Source: an uncultured Candidatus Bathyarchaeia archaeon
Lineage (GTDB): Archaea; Thermoproteota; Bathyarchaeia; 40CM-2-53-6; CAVXDP01
NCBI GenBank assembly: GCA_964562925.1
Contig: CAZLVF010000002.1
Coordinates: 29,181 to 86,260 of the forward strand
DNA: 57,080 nucleotides
Reading direction: 5' to 3'
The position numbers and the translations under genes are program-made. Below, one piece after another: positions 15,833 to 24,841 of this stretch (positions are counted from its first letter, which is position 1; each line of letters starts with the position of its first letter). Below the pieces are notes generated by a model. It did not search any database. It was not told where the DNA came from and worked only from the letters and a program-made list of their open reading frames with translations.

Positions 15833-17108
15833 AGCAAGAAGATCATCGTACAAGCAGGAATACACTTTTGGAATGGACTATGGAACGGGGGACTTCAAGT
15901 ATGGACCGATATCATGCGGCGAGAAACCGGAGATCATAGAGAATCGAGGATACTTTCCCGACAGAGAATCGATCATGTACACCACATTCGAGAATCCTAG
16001 GGAGATAATAGTTGGTAGAGATGTTCCGCTCTATCTTCAAGCCAGCGATGACCTTTCAACTAGACTAGTGTACCCGATGAAGAATGGAGTCATCGGTAAG
16101 AATGATCTCCAGGCTTGGAGCGTCGTCCGAGAGATATCGAAGTATGGGATAGAGACATTCAAACCTGCAGACTCGGATTTCCAAGGTTTCTACCTAGTTT
16201 CCTCGCTTTCATCGGTCTCCCCAAGGTACATGTATGAAAAACTCTTCGAGGCTTATGGAGAGATCAACAGAGAACAGAAGCTGATCAAAGCTGCAACCGT
16301 GATACAGCAACCTCTCGCGGTTGCGATCGCGCATAAAACGACAACCTGCGTCGTTATCGAGTCAGGCCACGGAAACACCCAGATCTGCCCAATCTCAAGG
16401 TACCCTGTCCGAAACGCCATCGTAGCAATAAATCGAGGAGGCGGAGACTCAAACGCATTGACCGCCGAGATTCTTAAGGACCAGGGCTACGGGGACCTCG
16501 CCAGAGAAGAAGCGATCGTCAGGAAGGTGAAGGAGAGCATCGGCCTAGTTCCCATAGACTTGGAGAAGGCTGTGGCTTCTGCCAAGAGGAACCCGAAAAA
16601 GTTCAGGGCTAGGTTCAAAGTGCCTGGAACACGCGTTTCGATAGAGTTTGAGGATAACTCTTGGACGCGTTTCCTAATTGGAGAATACGTCTTCAACCCG
16701 AACCATGAGCTGTTCCAAAGCTACTTCTCCAGAGGTATGGGAAGACCTAAAGACGTTAAGGTCGGTGATACAACCTTCAAGGGCACCTTGGATTTTGGCG
16801 ACGCAGTTGTCGAAGCTGTTGAACGCTGTCCCATAGAGCTCCAGCCACACCTCTACAGGCAGATCCTACTTTCAGGAGGCAACTTCAGCTGGAAACCGCC
16901 AGAACAGCTGAAGGACGTGGCAACCGACTCCGCAAACAAGATGCGGATACTTCTGAGGAAGAAGGGTGTAACAAACGTCAAGAGCCTCATGACAGAATCG
17001 CCTCAGTTCTCAGTCTGGCGTGGATGTATAATCTATGGCTACGCGGTGCCAGAGGACTATGAATGGAGCTGGGACCGTATGGAAGGTTGGAACATGCTTG
17101 GCGACTGA
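15822..17108 (+). CDS. Crenactin (archaeal actin homologue; actin/Hsp70 ATPase fold)
   Basis: 428 aa. The phosphate-1 motif is YTFGMDYGTGDFKYGP. Blocks matching Pyrobaculum crenactin as I recall it: VIQQPLAVAIA, VVIESGHGNTQICPIS, AINRGGG, LTAEILKDQGYGDLAREE, IGLVP, WTRFLIGEYVFNPNHE, LLSGGNFSWKPP and FSVWRGCIIYGYAVP. Confidence 0.85.
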   Translation: MGNEARRSSYKQEYTFGMDYGTGDFKYGPISCGEKPEIIENRGYFPDRESIMYTTFENPREIIVGRDVPLYLQASDDLSTRLVYPMKNGVIGKNDLQAWSVVREISKYGIETFKPADSDFQGFYLVSSLSSVSPRYMYEKLFEAYGEINREQKLIKAATVIQQPLAVAIAHKTTTCVVIESGHGNTQICPISRYPVRNAIVAINRGGGDSNALTAEILKDQGYGDLAREEAIVRKVKESIGLVPIDLEKAVASAKRNPKKFRARFKVPGTRVSIEFEDNSWTRFLIGEYVFNPNHELFQSYFSRGMGRPKDVKVGDTTFKGTLDFGDAVVEAVERCPIELQPHLYRQILLSGGNFSWKPPEQLKDVATDSANKMRILLRKKGVTNVKSLMTESPQFSVWRGCIIYGYAVPEDYEWSWDRMEGWNMLGD

Positions 17109-17154
17109 AAGTTCTCTTATAGAACGAGTGAAAGGATACTTCATCACAAAAGGG

Positions 17155-17751
17155 ATGCAGGACGCTGGAACCCTCAGCAAAAACCACTCTGAGAGCAACT
17201 GCCTCATATTCTCGGGGACAGGAGTTCTGTCCGCAGTAAGAGTTCTCAGAGAAGAAGAGTTATCCACCAGAAACTCGGTTTTGGAAGCAGTCCTATCATC
17301 AGCCACCCTGATTAACCGTGTTAACCAAGTCTACCTAGCCTTACCAAGGCTGGTTTCGTCAACCATCGAAAGCAAAATCATGGAAGAGTATGGAATCGGG
17401 CTCATCGTCTACGATCAGAAGAACGTGGAGGAAGTTGTGGCGCCAAGGTACTTCCAAACTGCAAGCCAACATACAATTGTTGCCTCGGAGAACGAAGACT
17501 CTCATAGAGTCTTGGTCGAAGAGATAGACACGTTGAGAGGCAGGTTAAGATCTCTAGAAGAGGCTGTAGAATCGTTGAGGTCAGAAGTCGAATATCTTAG
17601 ATCTTGGAAGCCTCAAGCCCCGCGCGAAGAGACAGTGACATCCTCATCGGTTTCGCCGAGGTTTGAGGGAGCGCCCTCATTTCTCAGAGACAACCCTTGG
17701 ATAGAGGTGCTCTCAAGAAGAGGCCGCGAGGGTGAGAGGCTTGTCAGCTGA
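17155..17751 (+). CDS. Hypothetical coiled-coil protein directly downstream of crenactin (arcadin-2 position). The start is uncertain: the ORF track extends to a TTG at 17035 and an ATG lies at 17155
   Basis: A heptad coiled coil (IDTLRGRLRSLEEAVESLRSEVEYLRS) is followed by an acidic/Ser-rich tail. Its position and size fit an actin-binding arcadin-like partner. Confidence 0.35.
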   Translation: MQDAGTLSKNHSESNCLIFSGTGVLSAVRVLREEELSTRNSVLEAVLSSATLINRVNQVYLALPRLVSSTIESKIMEEYGIGLIVYDQKNVEEVVAPRYFQTASQHTIVASENEDSHRVLVEEIDTLRGRLRSLEEAVESLRSEVEYLRSWKPQAPREETVTSSSVSPRFEGAPSFLRDNPWIEVLSRRGREGERLVS

Positions 17752-18028
17752 GAAGGTGAGCAACCTATTTCACATTGAGATAAGATCCTTCAATATAGTG
17801 ATCGATCTAGAAGATCTTTTCACACCGGAGGCGACTATTGAACAGTTCATAAAACTTCACGGTTTCAGCCCCAAGCCCCCGCGCTATAGAGTTGTGAACG
17901 TCGAGACCGTTGCATGCTCCGAAGATGGACAACCTGTCCTAGTTACGGAATGTGGAAGATGCTCGAGGTTCGTTCGAAGGTACCAGGGAAGTATATGCTG
18001 TCGTCGCACACGATACATAGAAAAGTAG
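17732..18028 (+). CDS. Small hypothetical Cys-rich protein
   Basis: 98 aa. It overlaps the end of the preceding gene by 20 nt. The C-terminus is CGRCSRF...CCRRTRY. Confidence 0.25.
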   Translation: MRGLSAEKVSNLFHIEIRSFNIVIDLEDLFTPEATIEQFIKLHGFSPKPPRYRVVNVETVACSEDGQPVLVTECGRCSRFVRRYQGSICCRRTRYIEK

Positions 18029-18113
18029 TAATCTAACATTGTCTAATTTCTATTGAACAGTGCGCAACGCTTCTTTGGCCATCACTTCAGGTCGTTGAAG
18101 CTTCCGTTCACGG

Positions 18114-18968
18114 TTGAGGGTGACAAAGTTGAAGGTTGGAGCGCATATGTCGATCTCGGGCTCCATCGATCTATCGGTTGACAGAGCAAAAGAGAGGGCT
18201 TGTGATACCTTCCAGATATTCACACGAAACCCAAGAGGATGGAAGTTCAAGAAACTCACTAGGGAGGATGTTAAGAAGTTCAAGGAAAAACTCTCGAACT
18301 CCGGGATTAGCCCGGTTGTTGCACATATGCCGTATCTTCCCAACTTGGCCTCCCCTACCAAACCGATCCATAAGAGATCCGTCAGGACGCTTATCTCAGA
18401 AGTTGAGAGGTGCCAACTACTCGGCATTCCATATCTCGTAACTCACCTAGGAAGCCACATGGGAAAAGGATTTGAGATTGGCCAAGAGAGGATAGTCGAA
18501 GCGCTAAACGCAGCTCTACCTATTCCAGTCGAGAATGTAATGATACTATTGGAGAACACGGCGGGAACAAGAAACAGCATGGGAACATTCTTTGAAGACA
18601 TAGCAAAAATCCTTGATGGAGTCATCGCAAAAGAGAAAGTTGGCGTCTGTTTCGACACAAGCCATGCTTTCGCTGCTGGTTATGAACTGAGAACAGAGAG
18701 CTCGCTGAACGAGACCTTCGAGCGTTTCGAAAGCGTTGTGGGAGTTGACCGACTGAAGGTCATACACCTCAACGACTCCAAGGCTGGCGTTGGATCGCAC
18801 ATCGACAGACATGAACATATTGGAATGGGATATATCGGCGAAAAAGGGTTCAAGGTCATCTTGAAACATCACCTCTTCCAGGGACTTCCTTTGATCTTGG
18901 AGACGCCGATAGATAGCCGCCGAGACGATCTTGGAAACGTCAGAAAAGTCAGAGAACTAGCTTCTTAA
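18114..18968 (+). CDS. nfo: Endonuclease IV (AP endonuclease, TIM-barrel family)
   Basis: 284 aa. The motifs VGAHMSISG, AHMPYLPNLASP, THLGSH, LENTAG and a HID-x-H metal site are present. Confidence 0.85.
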   Translation: MRVTKLKVGAHMSISGSIDLSVDRAKERACDTFQIFTRNPRGWKFKKLTREDVKKFKEKLSNSGISPVVAHMPYLPNLASPTKPIHKRSVRTLISEVERCQLLGIPYLVTHLGSHMGKGFEIGQERIVEALNAALPIPVENVMILLENTAGTRNSMGTFFEDIAKILDGVIAKEKVGVCFDTSHAFAAGYELRTESSLNETFERFESVVGVDRLKVIHLNDSKAGVGSHIDRHEHIGMGYIGEKGFKVILKHHLFQGLPLILETPIDSRRDDLGNVRKVRELAS

Positions 18969-19098
18969 CAGGATGGAAAGTTCGTGCCAGCGACTCTAGA
19001 CTACTGCTACCTGCTCGAGAAGGTGAGAAAAGAGGAAAAGCCTCCTCCGCTAGCGTCTCCGAGGTTTTTCGCATACGTCATGAATGAAAAGAGCCGAA

Positions 19099-19110
19099 GC
19101 TTTTTTTTTG
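19099..19110 (+). terminator. Oligo-T tract (T9-10) downstream of nfo; typical archaeal intrinsic terminator
   Basis: gaagcTTTTTTTTTgggg lies 130 nt after the nfo stop. Confidence 0.35.
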
Positions 19111-19146
19111 GGGATCATGAGATAAATCCAAGTTGGGGCATGTGAA

Positions 19147-19359
19147 ATGCCTTTAGTAGAAATATGGGATAGACCTTTCACGCCTGAGGAAAGAGTAAGA
19201 CTTCAGAAAGCTATTGCCGATGTCTTCAAGGAAGTAAGGCCGTTCTTAAGAGAACACGAGGAGTTTCTCTGGATCTTATTCCATGAGATTTCTCCTGAGA
19301 ATTGGATGGTCGGCCCCATGACCGTCAAGGAACTGAGGCAAAAGCTCACAGGGCAGTAA
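19147..19359 (+). CDS. Tautomerase-superfamily (4-oxalocrotonate tautomerase-like) small protein
   Basis: 70 aa beginning MPLVEI (Pro1 after Met). The size and beta-alpha-beta pattern are typical of 4-OT. Confidence 0.55.
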   Translation: MPLVEIWDRPFTPEERVRLQKAIADVFKEVRPFLREHEEFLWILFHEISPENWMVGPMTVKELRQKLTGQ

Positions 19360-19508
19360 GATCGCCGTCAATGCATCAAACGCCCCTCTTCTTTTTTGAC
19401 TTTGATTTTCAGTTGATCCCTGAGGACTCGATCAGCTTCTCGCCCTTGGTCTAATTCTATGCGCATCCAAATTTGCGCTCGGTGCGGCAAGATAACGAAA
19501 GCCAACTA

Positions 19509-19817
19509 TTAGATGAGTTCGATCTCAATAAATACGTCGTCAGGGGTCTTTATTCTCATAAGTCTCTTCAAGAACCTTTCATTCGGATCCACGTCGATCA
19601 ACCGTTTGTGAATCCTCATCTCCCATTTGTCCCAGGTATGGGTTCCTTCGCCGCAGGGACTCTTCCTCGTTGGGACAACAAGCCTCTTTGTAGGCAACGG
19701 AACCGGGCCGCGAAGCCTCACTCCAGCTTTATCAGCTATCTTCGTAATCTCATCGCAGATCGAGTTCAGATCCCTGGTATCTATGCTTGAAAGTTTTATC
19801 CGTGCTCTGTTGACCAT
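19509..19817 (-). CDS. rps10: Ribosomal protein S10 (uS10)
   Basis: 102 aa. The sequence [20 protein letters not shown]...[20 protein letters not shown] is a classical uS10. It lies immediately downstream of EF-1alpha, as in archaeal str-like clusters. Confidence 0.9.
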   Translation of the reverse strand: MVNRARIKLSSIDTRDLNSICDEITKIADKAGVRLRGPVPLPTKRLVVPTRKSPCGEGTHTWDKWEMRIHKRLIDVDPNERFLKRLMRIKTPDDVFIEIELI

Positions 19818-19900
19818 CCAAGTTTACTCTCCACGCTAGGGCGGCGAAGCAGACACTAGGAAGAGGGGGATGCTTAAAAGCCTTGGGAAAGGAGGCTGAG

Positions 19901-21202
19901 TTATGCTTTCTCTGTTATCTGCTTGACGACACCCACAGCAACGGTCATGCCCATATCTCTTATCGCGAATCTCCCGAGTTGCGGAATCTCGGAGAAAGGT
20001 TCGACAACCAAGGGGGCGATTGGCCTGATCTTAACTACTGCGCTGTCCCCAGTCTTGAGGAAGGCAGGTTTCTCCTCGATAACCTGGCCTGTTCTGGAAT
20101 CGATCTTCTGTGTCAGCTCGGTGAAGGTTGCTGCTACCGTTGCGGTGTGAGCGTGCATGACCGGGGTGTAACCTTGGGCGATGGCTGTCGGGTGGTATAT
20201 CACGATCACCTGGCCGATGAACTCCTTTGCAACCGTCGCTGGCGAGTCGGGGTGACCTACAACGTCGCCTCTATGAACATCGGTCTTCGTTACCCCTCTG
20301 ACGTTGAATCCTATGTTGTCTCCGGGGACCGCCTGCGGGATTCTCACGTGATGAGTTTCAATCGATTTGCATTCTGCTTCGATCTTTGAGGGCATGAAGA
20401 TGATCTTGTCCCCTTCCTTGAGGATACCTGTCTCAACTCTGCCAACTGGGACCGTCCCAACACCAGTTATCGAATACACATCCTGGACCGGAAGCCTCAA
20501 GGGTTTCTCAGTGGGCTTCGGTGGGAGTACGAAGCTGTCGAGGACCTCGTAGAGGGTAGGCCCCTTATACCATGTTGTCTTGTCGCTCTTGTTGTAGAGG
20601 TTGTCTCCGGTCCATCCTGAGACCGGGATGAAGTTTATCTTTGAAGGATCGTAGCCCACAACCTTAAGCAGTTCCTCAAGTTCTTTCTTGCATTCTTGGA
20701 ATCGTTCTTGAGAGAAGTTGACGGTTGCATCATCCATCTTCGTTATGGCGACTGCGATCTGCCCTACACCCAGCGTCCTCGCTAGGTAGGCGTGTTCCCT
20801 AGCCTGTCCACCAGGCCCTACAGCCACCTCAAACTCCCCCTTCTTCGCCGATACGACGAGCACAGCACAGTCTGCCTGACTCGTGCCTGTTATCATGTTC
20901 TTTATGAAGTCTCTATGTCCTGGAGCGTCAATTATCGTGTAGAAGATCTTTGGCGTCTCAAACTTCTGGAAGGACAGGTCTATGGTGACGCCTCTTTCTC
21001 TCTCTTCCTTTAGACTATCGAGGACCCATGCAAACTTGAACGTGTCTCCAGCACCAGTCTTCTCGGACTCTTTGGCATACTCGTCAATCGTCTTCTTATC
21101 CACAAAACCCGCGTCTAGCATCAGGTGACCGGTCATCGTGCTTTTTCCATGGTCAACGTGTCCGATTACTATGAGGTTGAGATGAGGTTTCTGTGAACTC
21201 AT
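19901..21202 (-). CDS. tuf: Translation elongation factor 1-alpha (aEF-1A)
   Basis: 433 aa. The G1-G4 motifs are GHVDHGKST, DAPGH and NKMD. The sequence is unmistakable. Confidence 0.95.
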   Translation of the reverse strand: MSSQKPHLNLIVIGHVDHGKSTMTGHLMLDAGFVDKKTIDEYAKESEKTGAGDTFKFAWVLDSLKEERERGVTIDLSFQKFETPKIFYTIIDAPGHRDFIKNMITGTSQADCAVLVVSAKKGEFEVAVGPGGQAREHAYLARTLGVGQIAVAITKMDDATVNFSQERFQECKKELEELLKVVGYDPSKINFIPVSGWTGDNLYNKSDKTTWYKGPTLYEVLDSFVLPPKPTEKPLRLPVQDVYSITGVGTVPVGRVETGILKEGDKIIFMPSKIEAECKSIETHHVRIPQAVPGDNIGFNVRGVTKTDVHRGDVVGHPDSPATVAKEFIGQVIVIYHPTAIAQGYTPVMHAHTATVAATFTELTQKIDSRTGQVIEEKPAFLKTGDSAVVKIRPIAPLVVEPFSEIPQLGRFAIRDMGMTVAVGVVKQITEKA

Positions 21203-21341
21203 TCTTTTTCATTCCCAATTTGATGGTTCGTACTTCTAAAAGACAACCCATATTTAAGTTCCACGATGATCTGCCCCGCTTGAAGATCGGATCGATAAGC
21301 GTGGAGGGAATCTTGTCGTCGTCTTCGGTTAAGGAAAGGCC

Positions 21342-21944
21342 TTAACGAGAGGCCAGAGCGATTCTTTCCATCTCATCTCGCTTTCTTATGGCGAAGCTTC
21401 TACTATCTCTAGATGCGCAGAGTATTATCTCATCAGCCAGGCATTCATCTATGGTCTTAGGATTGCCAACTGAGGCCTGCCTCGCTCCATCGGCGATAAA
21501 CCGCAACGTGAGATCTACTCTCCGCTGTGGTGAGATATCCACTGAGATTGGATAAACGACTCCACCGTAGGCTATCCGCGTAACCTCCTCGCAGGGCGCC
21601 GAGTTCTCTATCGCTTTCACCAGCACCTCAAGAGGGTTTTTTCCAGTTTTCAAACTGATTATCTCAAGAGCGTTCCTAACGACGCTGATCACCTTCGCCT
21701 TCTTCCCGCCAGATCTTCCATGCCGCATCATGTTGTTTGCTAGTCTTTCAACAATGTTCACAGCAGACTTCCTAAACCTCTGATGCTCATGCCTTCCTCC
21801 GCTATGAGGTATCAGGGCGGGCTTGAGAGAGATGTACTGCTTTATCCCAGCATCTTCGACAGTAATTCCATCACAACGCCATTTTCCAAAGATCTTAACG
21901 TCTATGGGCTTCTTCGATTCTCTGCTCATCGGTCTCTGCCTCAT
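21342..21944 (-). CDS. rps7: Ribosomal protein S7 (uS7)
   Basis: 200 aa. The segment NNMMRHGRSGGKKAKVISVVRNALEII...YGGVVYPISVDISPQRRVDLTLR is present. Confidence 0.9.
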   Translation of the reverse strand: MRQRPMSRESKKPIDVKIFGKWRCDGITVEDAGIKQYISLKPALIPHSGGRHEHQRFRKSAVNIVERLANNMMRHGRSGGKKAKVISVVRNALEIISLKTGKNPLEVLVKAIENSAPCEEVTRIAYGGVVYPISVDISPQRRVDLTLRFIADGARQASVGNPKTIDECLADEIILCASRDSRSFAIRKRDEMERIALASR

Positions 21945-21973
21945 CGAATCATGGCGCGGTATGTTAGGATCAG

Positions 21974-21988
21974 ATTTTAATATATGTT
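21974..21988 (-). promoter_or_regulatory. Candidate TATA box (minus strand reads AAAACATATATTAAAAT) for the S7-EF1alpha-S10 transcription unit
   Basis: An A/T box lies about 30-44 nt upstream of the S7 ATG (21944). Confidence 0.25.
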
Positions 21989-22035
21989 TTGAATCGAACA
22001 GCGTTCTGGGCTATCCACGGTCCGTAGCCAGTGAG

Positions 22036-22364
22036 GGTAGCGGTGGCGACATCCCCAGATGATTGACATCCCTCTCGGCCGCGGTGTCCCGACCGCTTTC
22101 TCCTACCTGTGATCCCGCCAGCGCCTTGGCGTTCACCTTACGACCGCTCTCTTCCGAGCCTCGTCGGGTTCAGTGACAGGGAAGTAACTTTCTCCCTTCG
22201 AAGAAAGTTCTTCTTCCGCTGGCCCGACGGGGCAGGAATTCACTGTCGGCAGTCGAGGCCTTCGGCCGTTTGGAAATGCCGCTCATCCAGGTTAGCGGAT
22301 CCCCGCATGTAGCCGATTTCGGGTTTAGGGAACGGCTGGCTCCCCGACCCCTCGCCACCGCCAA
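22036..22364 (-). ncRNA. ffs: Signal recognition particle RNA (7S/SRP RNA, about 330 nt)
   Basis: The 5' GGCGGTGGCGA pairs with the 3' TCGCCACCGC(U), closing helix 5. A conserved helix-8 (domain IV) signature is present: GAGGCUCGGAAGAGAGCGGUCGUAAGGUGAAC, compared with bacterial CAGGUCCGGAAGGAAGCAGCCAAGG. There is no ORF on either strand. The region is GC-rich and strongly self-complementary. Confidence 0.7.
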
Positions 22365-22384
22365 GTCAAACTCAGAGGTGGTTT

Positions 22385-22397
22385 CAATATATACTTT
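22385..22397 (-). promoter_or_regulatory. TATA box (AAAGTATATATTG) centred about 28 nt upstream of the predicted SRP RNA 5' end
   Basis: The spacing matches archaeal promoter geometry (TATA at about -26/-27). Confidence 0.35.
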
Positions 22398-22650
22398 CCT
22401 AGCGAAAATCGAGTCTTTCTAAGATGCGCAATTCGTAGTAGGTCGTCGTCCTGTCTCGTTATGATCGTGGCCTCCAAGAATAGAGAGTTTTACTTCTATC
22501 TAGGGTGACGGTTCTGAGCCTTATCGAGGAGGGGGGTAGGGGGGGGTTCTAAGGCAGGCCAAGAAACGAGCCTCGCAATAATCTTTGAAGCCGAAAGTTG
22601 GAAGCCTTAGAATAAGTTGGTTGTGTAAAGGGGATATCCACCTTGAGAGG

Positions 22651-23649
22651 CTAGTTGCCGACGCCTCTAAGCATCTCACAGGCTTCGCATAAATCTGAGG
22701 TTGTGGGTTCACTGCAAGAACTGCATCTGCGCAGTGTTACAGCAGATCTATGAGTTTTGAGTAGCTCGCGAAGGTGTTCTGCCGATCTGTAGATGGTGAA
22801 CTTTATTCCAGCATGCTTCTCTTCTAACCTATTCAACATCGTTCTGATATCGTTTCTTAATGCTGTGGATGCATAGGGGCAGGGAGCGGTTTGAAAATCG
22901 AGTCCAGTCACATACGCGTAGAGGACTATTTCCTTTTCAGGGCACTCAGCTAGAGGTTTGATCCGTGGCAGGAACATGCCTGATTGGTCTTCTAGAAAAG
23001 GTTCTGAACGAGCTATGCGTGGAACGTCTCCATGAAACATGTTCAAGATAAATGTTTGAATCTCATCATCCATGTTATGTGCGGTTGCGATCTTGTTCGC
23101 TTCAACTTTTCTTGCGATTACGTTGATCGCTTTTCGTCTCAGAACTCCACAGTACGAGCACGGAAAGCTTAGCTTTCTTTCCGTAACCAGCTCATCCAAG
23201 CTCTGACCGTAGAGCTCCTTGAAGGATATGATTCTGTGATCTACTCCAAGCTTGATGCATTGATCCCTTGCGATTCTGACCGCTTCGCCTCTATATCCCT
23301 CGATTCCCTCATCGACCGTTACAGCTGTCAGCCGAGACCGCGGGAACCTCTTCTCTATCTTGTTAAGAACCTTCAGAAGTGTCAGGCTGTCTTTTCCTCC
23401 GGACAAAGCAACGGTCACATGATCATCCGTTTCGAGCATATGATACTTTGAGATTGATCTTCGAACCCTTGTTTCGAAGTTCTCCCTGAAACATCCACGA
23501 CAGAAGGCTACACCCTCATGTTCTCTGAAGTAGAACGTTCCCGTTGACTTGCAGACGCCGCACTTCAAGTTCAGGAATGCCTCTAGAATCTCCCCAGTCC
23601 AAACCTGAGGAATGAGAGAACAATGTTCAGTCCAAGTATCATGATGCAT
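22651..23649 (-). CDS. ncs6: tRNA thiolation PP-loop ATPase of the Ncs6/Ctu1/TtuA family
   Basis: 332 aa. The PP-loop motif is SGGKDS. The N-terminal Zn finger is CGVCKS...CRGC and the C-terminal one is CSSCSE...CEAC. Confidence 0.8.
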   Translation of the reverse strand: MHHDTWTEHCSLIPQVWTGEILEAFLNLKCGVCKSTGTFYFREHEGVAFCRGCFRENFETRVRRSISKYHMLETDDHVTVALSGGKDSLTLLKVLNKIEKRFPRSRLTAVTVDEGIEGYRGEAVRIARDQCIKLGVDHRIISFKELYGQSLDELVTERKLSFPCSYCGVLRRKAINVIARKVEANKIATAHNMDDEIQTFILNMFHGDVPRIARSEPFLEDQSGMFLPRIKPLAECPEKEIVLYAYVTGLDFQTAPCPYASTALRNDIRTMLNRLEEKHAGIKFTIYRSAEHLRELLKTHRSAVTLRRCSSCSEPTTSDLCEACEMLRGVGN

Positions 23650-24740
23650 ACCCCTGTAATCGCGGCTCCAATCTCCTTTGATCTCTTTGTCTTCGTAATC
23701 TTGAGAACCGTATCAGCAAACTTGCCGCCGTCAAGTGGGCCTATCGGAAGCATGTTAAGCAATGCTACACTCACCAGAATCATATGCATCCAGTTCTCCG
23801 TCAGATACAACTGGTACGGAAGCTCATTGGGCAGTGAACGAACCCTTGGAGGATAGTAATTGAACGGTACGATACCTATCAAGGCTCTTCCAGGGTTTTG
23901 TGGACTGGTTTGCGTTGTTACTATAAAGTCTCCTCTCCCTGTAGTGACCTTAAGCGTACTGTTAGGTTTTACCTTGGCCATATACTCTCTAAGTTCGTCA
24001 ACACCCTTTACAGGCGTCGCATTCAAGGAAAGGATCATATCCCACTTTTTGATTCCCACGTTCTCAGCTGCTCCCTCCTCAACGAGTCCTGTGATCAGAA
24101 CTCCCGAGGAGTCTGGGGAGTAGAACGGGCTGATGGTTAGAGTGAAATTTGCAATTGACAGAAGAACGAGCATCCCCACAGCTATGTTCGCAGACGACCC
24201 GGCCGAGAAGATTCTCAACTTCGTTGGTAGCCCAGCCTTCTCAAGCCTCTCTTCATCGATCTCGACAAAGCCTCCAGGAAGCACCACGGCGAGGAAGATC
24301 CCAGCTGATTTCAAAGGAACCTTCTCTGCAAGGCTTGCGATTCCATGTGCGAACTCATGAGTTACAACGACAACAGCCAGTGAGATGAGTACGTACGGTA
24401 GGCTTTCTAGACTAACCGTTAGGCCGGGGACTATGAGCGTTACCTGAGCAGCCTCTTCAGGTCTCTGGAAGAAAAGATACGCATTCTTTACCAGGCTGTA
24501 GAATATGAACAAAATCTGTCCGACAGCCAGAGCTGCTGATACATTCCACGCAACCAGCCATGCGAACCTCCTTCTCTGAGCTATTCTCTCCATAAACCTG
24601 TTTAGAGCAGCAGTCCTGTAGATCAGATAGAATGGTTTGGCGGTAAGTCCCCAGCGTTCGGTCCTGAAGCTTCTCAAGACCACGTAGAGACCAAGCCAGA
24701 TGGCTATGAAGAGCGCTAGGCTGATGAAGGCGTCCATCAT
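23583..24740 (-). CDS. Site-2 protease (M50 family, RseP-like) intramembrane zinc metalloprotease with a PDZ domain
   Basis: 385 aa. The HExxH motif is VTHEFAHGI, embedded in TM helices. The LDG motif is PIGPLDGGKF. A central PDZ-like segment is present (GLVEEGAAENVGIKKWDMILSLNATPVKG). Confidence 0.8.
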   Translation of the reverse strand: MMDAFISLALFIAIWLGLYVVLRSFRTERWGLTAKPFYLIYRTAALNRFMERIAQRRRFAWLVAWNVSAALAVGQILFIFYSLVKNAYLFFQRPEEAAQVTLIVPGLTVSLESLPYVLISLAVVVVTHEFAHGIASLAEKVPLKSAGIFLAVVLPGGFVEIDEERLEKAGLPTKLRIFSAGSSANIAVGMLVLLSIANFTLTISPFYSPDSSGVLITGLVEEGAAENVGIKKWDMILSLNATPVKGVDELREYMAKVKPNSTLKVTTGRGDFIVTTQTSPQNPGRALIGIVPFNYYPPRVRSLPNELPYQLYLTENWMHMILVSVALLNMLPIGPLDGGKFADTVLKITKTKRSKEIGAAITGVCIMILGLNIVLSFLRFGLGRF

Positions 24741-24841
24741 CTTCCCTTCGACTGAGAGGTTCGCCTAGCCGATTAAAACGTTTCCAAATCTGTTACGAAA
24801 CTGGGTGATTCCTTCTCTCAATTAAGAAGCCAAGGTAATGT

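Noticed and set aside
19883-21202. Intein in EF-1alpha or PolB (common in archaeal informational genes)
   Set aside because: Both proteins have normal lengths (433 aa and 787 aa) with contiguous conserved motifs. No Hint/LAGLIDADG block is present.
21342-21944. Expected S12 gene upstream of S7 and EF-2 between S7 and EF-1alpha (classical str operon)
   Set aside because: The upstream space is occupied by the S7 promoter and the SRP RNA. There is no room or ORF for S12 or EF-2, so they must be elsewhere. This is an observation, not an anomaly needing a feature.
22036-22364. RNase P RNA as an alternative identity for the structured ORF-free region
   Set aside because: Sequences resembling the P4 strands (…GGUCGGGGAGCC… and …CCGAAAUCGGCUACAU…) lie adjacent to each other instead of at opposite ends of the molecule. 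The SRP helix-8 signature and the end-to-end helix 5 fit SRP RNA much better.
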